This document shows, piece by piece, positions 50,142 to 53,675 of a DNA stretch of 53,675 nt. This stretch comes from Bacteroidales bacterium (GTDB lineage Bacteria > Bacteroidota > Bacteroidia > Bacteroidales > Dysgonomonadaceae). The stretch's first letter is position 1; every line of letters starts with the position of its first letter. The position numbers were made by a program, and so were the translations under genes. The notes under the pieces were generated by a model, which was not told the origin of the DNA, ran no database searches, and saw nothing but the letters and a program-made list of their open reading frames with translations. The stretch lies in contig DUVZ01000083.1 in NCBI GenBank assembly GCA_012840785.1, positions 1-53,675 on the forward strand. The letters are read 5' to 3'.

Positions 50142-51197
50142 ATGAGAAAATTTATCTATCCCTATCTATCATTAGTTATTCTTATACTCTTTATTTCTTG
50201 TAAAAAAGAGAACAATAAAGAGAACACAGATGACGTAGACAATACAACCACCTTTGCAAAAGGAGCAGATATAAGCTGGCTACTCCAAATGGAGGCAAGT
50301 GGTTATGTTTTTTATAACACAGATGGTAAAGCTGAAGATTGCTTTAAGATTCTAAAAGATCATGGTATCAACTCTATCCGTTTACGCACATTTGTAAACC
50401 CTTCAAACAATCCACAAAGTGGACATTGCAGCAAGGAGGAAACTGTAGCCATGGCTAAAAGAGCAAAGCAGTGGGGCATGAAAGTGATGATTAACTTTCA
50501 CTATAGCGACAGTTGGGCAGATCCTGGCAAACAAAACAAACCAAAAGCTTGGGAAGATCTAGACTTTGCAGCACTCAAGAAAAAACTCTACGATTATACC
50601 TACGATGTTATAGCTGCATTAAAAAACGAAGGTGTAACACCTCAATGGGTGCAAGTAGGTAATGAAATACCTTCGGGGATGCTCTATCCTGAAGGACACA
50701 TAGACAATTGGCCTCAACTTGTAGAATTACTAAATATGGGATATGATGCTATAAAAGCAGCAAGTCCAACCTCACAAGTAATACTACATGTAGATCAAGG
50801 CAACAACAACGAGCGCTTTCGTTGGTGGTTTGACAATGCAACAAAGTATGGTGCAAAATATGATATCATCGGCATGTCGTACTACCCCTATTGGCTTGAA
50901 GGCAAACCAGACTATACAGAAAATATAGACGACCTAGCATGGAATCTAAACGACATGGTGAGCAGATACAACAAAGATGTAATGGTAGTAGAAGTAGGTG
51001 GTGAAGACCACAAAGCACAAAACACATACGATATGCTTACATCTGTTATAGAGAGGGTGAGAGATGTTCCAAATGAAAGAGGCTTAGGAGTTTTCTACTG
51101 GGAGCCTCAAGGTGCTCGCTCGTGGAGCGGCTATGCACTAAGTGCATGGGGCGATGACGGAAAACCAACCAAAGCTTTAAAAGCATTTAAAAACTAA
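50142..51197 (+). CDS. GH53 arabinogalactan endo-beta-1,4-galactanase (lipoprotein)
   Basis: Lipobox LFISC; GADISWLLQME.., INSIRLRTFVNP, HYSDSWADPGKQ.KP.AW, the acid/base VQVGNEI and the nucleophile VMVVEVG; ends with ..FYWEP motifs of GH53. Confidence 0.9.
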   Translation: MRKFIYPYLSLVILILFISCKKENNKENTDDVDNTTTFAKGADISWLLQMEASGYVFYNTDGKAEDCFKILKDHGINSIRLRTFVNPSNNPQSGHCSKEETVAMAKRAKQWGMKVMINFHYSDSWADPGKQNKPKAWEDLDFAALKKKLYDYTYDVIAALKNEGVTPQWVQVGNEIPSGMLYPEGHIDNWPQLVELLNMGYDAIKAASPTSQVILHVDQGNNNERFRWWFDNATKYGAKYDIIGMSYYPYWLEGKPDYTENIDDLAWNLNDMVSRYNKDVMVVEVGGEDHKAQNTYDMLTSVIERVRDVPNERGLGVFYWEPQGARSWSGYALSAWGDDGKPTKALKAFKN

Positions 51198-51219
51198 ACT
51201 AGATAAATACCAAATAGAA

Positions 51220-53058
51220 ATGAAGAAATCAGCAGTTACTTTATTATTACTTTTCAGCATATTAATGCTGAGAGCACAACAACTAAAAGTTGACCCCGCC
51301 TTTTGGTGGAGCGGAATGCAAGAACCCGAACTACAAATTATGCTTTATGGTGAGAATATTGGCAACTACACCCCTACTATATCTTCTAATGATGTTGTAA
51401 TAAAGGAATCGGTACGCCTATCAAACGCCAACTACCAAATTATATATCTTGATATATCGCAGAGCAAACCTCAACAGTTTGATATTCTATTTACCAATGG
51501 CGACAATCAGATTACCTATCAATACGAACTAAGAGAGAGAGATGACAAGCGTAAAAACATCGACACTTTCAACTCTTCGGATGTATTGTACCTCATTATG
51601 CCCGATAGATTTGCCAATGGCAATCCGGCAAACGATAATATAAAAATGAATATGCCCTACAAAGTAGACCGCTCTGAACCTAACGAACGACATGGTGGTG
51701 ACTTAGAAGGTATTTCAAACAACTTAGACTATCTAACAGACCTAGGTGTTACCTCTATTTGGCTCAACCCTGTTCTAGAAAACGACATGGAGGGTGGTTC
51801 GTATCATGGCTATGCTACAACAGATTATTATAAAGTTGACCCACGTTTTGGAACCAATGAAGAGTATGCGCAACTAGTGGAAGATGCAAATGAAAAAGGA
51901 TTGAAAGTGGTGATGGATATTATCTTTAACCACTGTGGTAGTGATCATCACTGGATGACAGATATGCCATCGTCAGATTGGTTCAATAATATAGATGAGT
52001 ACGTAGAAACATCTCACATAAAAGAGGTATACTTCGACAACTATGCATCCGAGTATGATACAAAAAAACTTACTGATGGTTGGTTTGTACCCACCATGCC
52101 AGACCTGAACCAGCGCAACCGCCACGTTGCTAAATACCTTATCCAAAACAGTATTTGGTGGATAGAGTATACAGGTATCAACGGTATTCGTCAAGACACC
52201 TACCCTTATGCCGATTACGATATGATGGTTGATTGGTGTGAGGCTGTAGATAGAGAATATCCAGGATACAATATTGTAGGTGAAGCCTGGCTTAACAACA
52301 TTATTGGAACAGCCTTTTGGCAACAAGACAGCAAGGTGAACAATGTGGGAAACACAAAGCTAAAGACTGTAATGGACTTTAAACTAATGGGCTTGAGCCA
52401 CTCTGCATTTTCTGAAGAAACTGGTAGTTGGAATGGTGGATTGCACTCGATATACGAAAGCCTGAGCTATGATTATATCTATCCTGACATCTATCATGTG
52501 TTACGCTTTTTGGATAACCACGACACCGACCGTTTTTTGAAAGAAATGCCTACAGATTTATTGACTTACAAACAAGCAATTTCATTTTTGCTTACCATTC
52601 CTGGTATTCCTCAACTATACTACGGAACTGAGCTGCTAATGCATGGCAATAAAAGCAAATACGACGGCGACATTCGCCTTGATGTACCAGGAGGTTGGGC
52701 TGAAGACAAAGAGAACCACTTTACTAGAGAAGGACGTAGCGACCTACAAAACGAAGCGTTCGATTTTCTACAAAAGCTTTTAAAATGGCGCAAAGGAAAC
52801 GACATTATAGCCAATGGCAAAATGAAGCATTATGTAGTAAACAATGGCGTGTATCTGTATGAGCGATACTTAAACAATAAGAAGGTTGTAGTTGTTATGA
52901 ATGGTACTACAAGTGACGTAGAACTAAAGCTTGACAGGTATGCCGAAACATTAGGCAATAGCAAGGGTGGTTTTGATATTGTATCAAACAAAAATATAGA
53001 ACTATCCAACACACTAAAATTGACTCCAAGACAGACAATTATATTAGAGTTGAACTAG
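51220..53058 (+). CDS. GH13 alpha-amylase-family enzyme, SusA/neopullulanase-like (periplasmic)
   Basis: Signal peptide; a cyclomaltodextrinase-type N-domain (VDPAFWW.GM..PELQIMLYG); GH13 regions DIIFNHCG, GINGIRQDT, VGEAW and FLDNHDTDRF. Confidence 0.92.
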   Translation: MKKSAVTLLLLFSILMLRAQQLKVDPAFWWSGMQEPELQIMLYGENIGNYTPTISSNDVVIKESVRLSNANYQIIYLDISQSKPQQFDILFTNGDNQITYQYELRERDDKRKNIDTFNSSDVLYLIMPDRFANGNPANDNIKMNMPYKVDRSEPNERHGGDLEGISNNLDYLTDLGVTSIWLNPVLENDMEGGSYHGYATTDYYKVDPRFGTNEEYAQLVEDANEKGLKVVMDIIFNHCGSDHHWMTDMPSSDWFNNIDEYVETSHIKEVYFDNYASEYDTKKLTDGWFVPTMPDLNQRNRHVAKYLIQNSIWWIEYTGINGIRQDTYPYADYDMMVDWCEAVDREYPGYNIVGEAWLNNIIGTAFWQQDSKVNNVGNTKLKTVMDFKLMGLSHSAFSEETGSWNGGLHSIYESLSYDYIYPDIYHVLRFLDNHDTDRFLKEMPTDLLTYKQAISFLLTIPGIPQLYYGTELLMHGNKSKYDGDIRLDVPGGWAEDKENHFTREGRSDLQNEAFDFLQKLLKWRKGNDIIANGKMKHYVVNNGVYLYERYLNNKKVVVVMNGTTSDVELKLDRYAETLGNSKGGFDIVSNKNIELSNTLKLTPRQTIILELN

Positions 53059-53095
53059 AGTTTTCTAAAGAAAACTTTCCAATCCCTACCCTATA

Positions 53096-53675
53096 ATGAA
53101 AACTATAAATAAATTACATTGGTTGCTACTTGTAACACTTATTGCTGTTGCATGTAGCAGCGACCCTGTAGTTGTACCCGATCCGCCAAAAAAACCCGAC
53201 GAGCCAACACCCGAACCACCCCAAACTTAAATTAAAGAGGGGTTTAGCTACAATCCCGAAAAACCAAATGCTGATGAAGAGTTGACAATTACTTTCAAAG
53301 CAAAAGCATCAACTCCTCTACACGGCTACAAAGGCGATGTATATGCACATATTGGTGCAGTAGTTGAGGGAGTATGGTTTTTTGTTCCAGCAGAATGGGA
53401 CGAAAATATTGCAAAATGCAAGATGACCAAGGTAGAAGATAATGTATGGAGCCTCAAGCTTGCTCCTTCTATTCGACAATGGTTCGACTCCGGGGAAACT
53501 CCTGTCACTAAGATAGGGATAGTAATTAGAAGCTCTGATGGAACTAAGAAAGGTGTCGAGGATGATTATTTTATCGATGTTACCGATAGCAAATACGAAG
53601 GCTTTGATCCAGCTGCAGTTAAAACAGCAGCTCAACCTGCTGGCGTTAAACATGGTATAAATATAATTGACAATA
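53096..53675 (+). pseudogene. Starch-binding/SusG-like surface lipoprotein gene interrupted by an in-frame TAA (3' end outside window)
   Basis: The ATG at 53096 gives MKTINKLHWLLLVTLIAVACSSDPVVVPDPPKKPDEPTPEPPQT, then TAA at 53228..53230. The same frame stays open to the window end: IKEGFSYNPEKPNADEELTITFKAKASTPLHGYKGDVYAHIG..IGIVIRSSDGTKKG... This is a CBM-like N-domain seen on Bacteroidota amylase-type lipoproteins. It is not in the ORF track because it has no stop inside the window. Confidence 0.6.

Noticed and set aside
53481-53491. tRNA T-arm-like GGTTCGACTCC
   Set aside because: The flanking bases (aatgg / ccggg) cannot form the T stem. No acceptor or anticodon arms can be drawn. The sequence lies in frame within a coding domain (..RQWFDSGE..).
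53318-53653. 111-aa and 60-aa minus-strand ORFs at the right end
   Set aside because: They lie opposite a plus-strand frame that encodes a clearly recognisable CBM-like domain. The plus-strand frame is missing from the ORF track only because it has no stop codon before the window edge.
1-53675. Search for a defence island, mobile element or other accessory multi-gene system (integrase, transposase, restriction-modification, toxin-antitoxin, retron/DGR reverse transcriptase, Cas, phage genes, flanking tRNA or direct repeats)
   Set aside because: Every ORF of 100 aa or more that is not a shadow frame has a confident housekeeping, envelope or carbohydrate-utilisation assignment. No such signatures were seen, so the window looks like core chromosome.

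Overview
AT-rich chromosomal segment from a Bacteroidota genome, probably Bacteroidales-like. The assignment rests on SusC/SusD genes, exact TAnnTTTG promoter motifs, a DUF4271/HemD-like gene pair and the dcw gene order. Almost everything is core metabolism or cell-envelope biogenesis.

Left third (1-22.7 kb):
- A partial TonB-dependent receptor, then tatD-like, yidD, rnpA, a HemD-like gene, DUF4271, a LOG-family gene and metK.
- An NlpC/P60-LysM lipoprotein, prfB with its programmed +1 frameshift (the ORF track misses the first segment), and an N-carbamoylputrescine amidase-like nitrilase.
- icd, an OPT transporter, a GH92 mannosidase, an EamA transporter, alpha-glucan phosphorylase and a CE15-like esterase.

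Middle (22.8-40.3 kb, minus strand):
- A complete division/cell-wall cluster: mraZ-rsmH-ftsL-ftsI-murE-mraY-murD-ftsW-[LPS-kinase-family gene]-murG-murC-ftsQ-ftsA-ftsZ-yqeY.

Right part:
- A GlsA/GlsB-like acyltransferase pair.
- A starch-type polysaccharide utilisation locus: susC, susD, a SusE-like and a SusF-like gene, GH53, a GH13 and a second starch-binding lipoprotein gene that runs off the window.

I see no integrase, transposase, CRISPR-Cas, restriction, toxin-antitoxin or other obvious accessory or defence module. I cannot support a claim of a new multi-gene system here.

The features that standard annotation would not explain are:
- two unrelated degenerate tandem arrays with 41-bp and 42-bp periods, each filling a convergent intergenic spacer;
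- an in-frame TAA inside the last PUL lipoprotein gene;
- an LPS-kinase-family gene wedged into the otherwise canonical dcw operon;
- a GH53 galactanase inside a starch-type PUL;
- a textbook MraZ operator with extra distal boxes.
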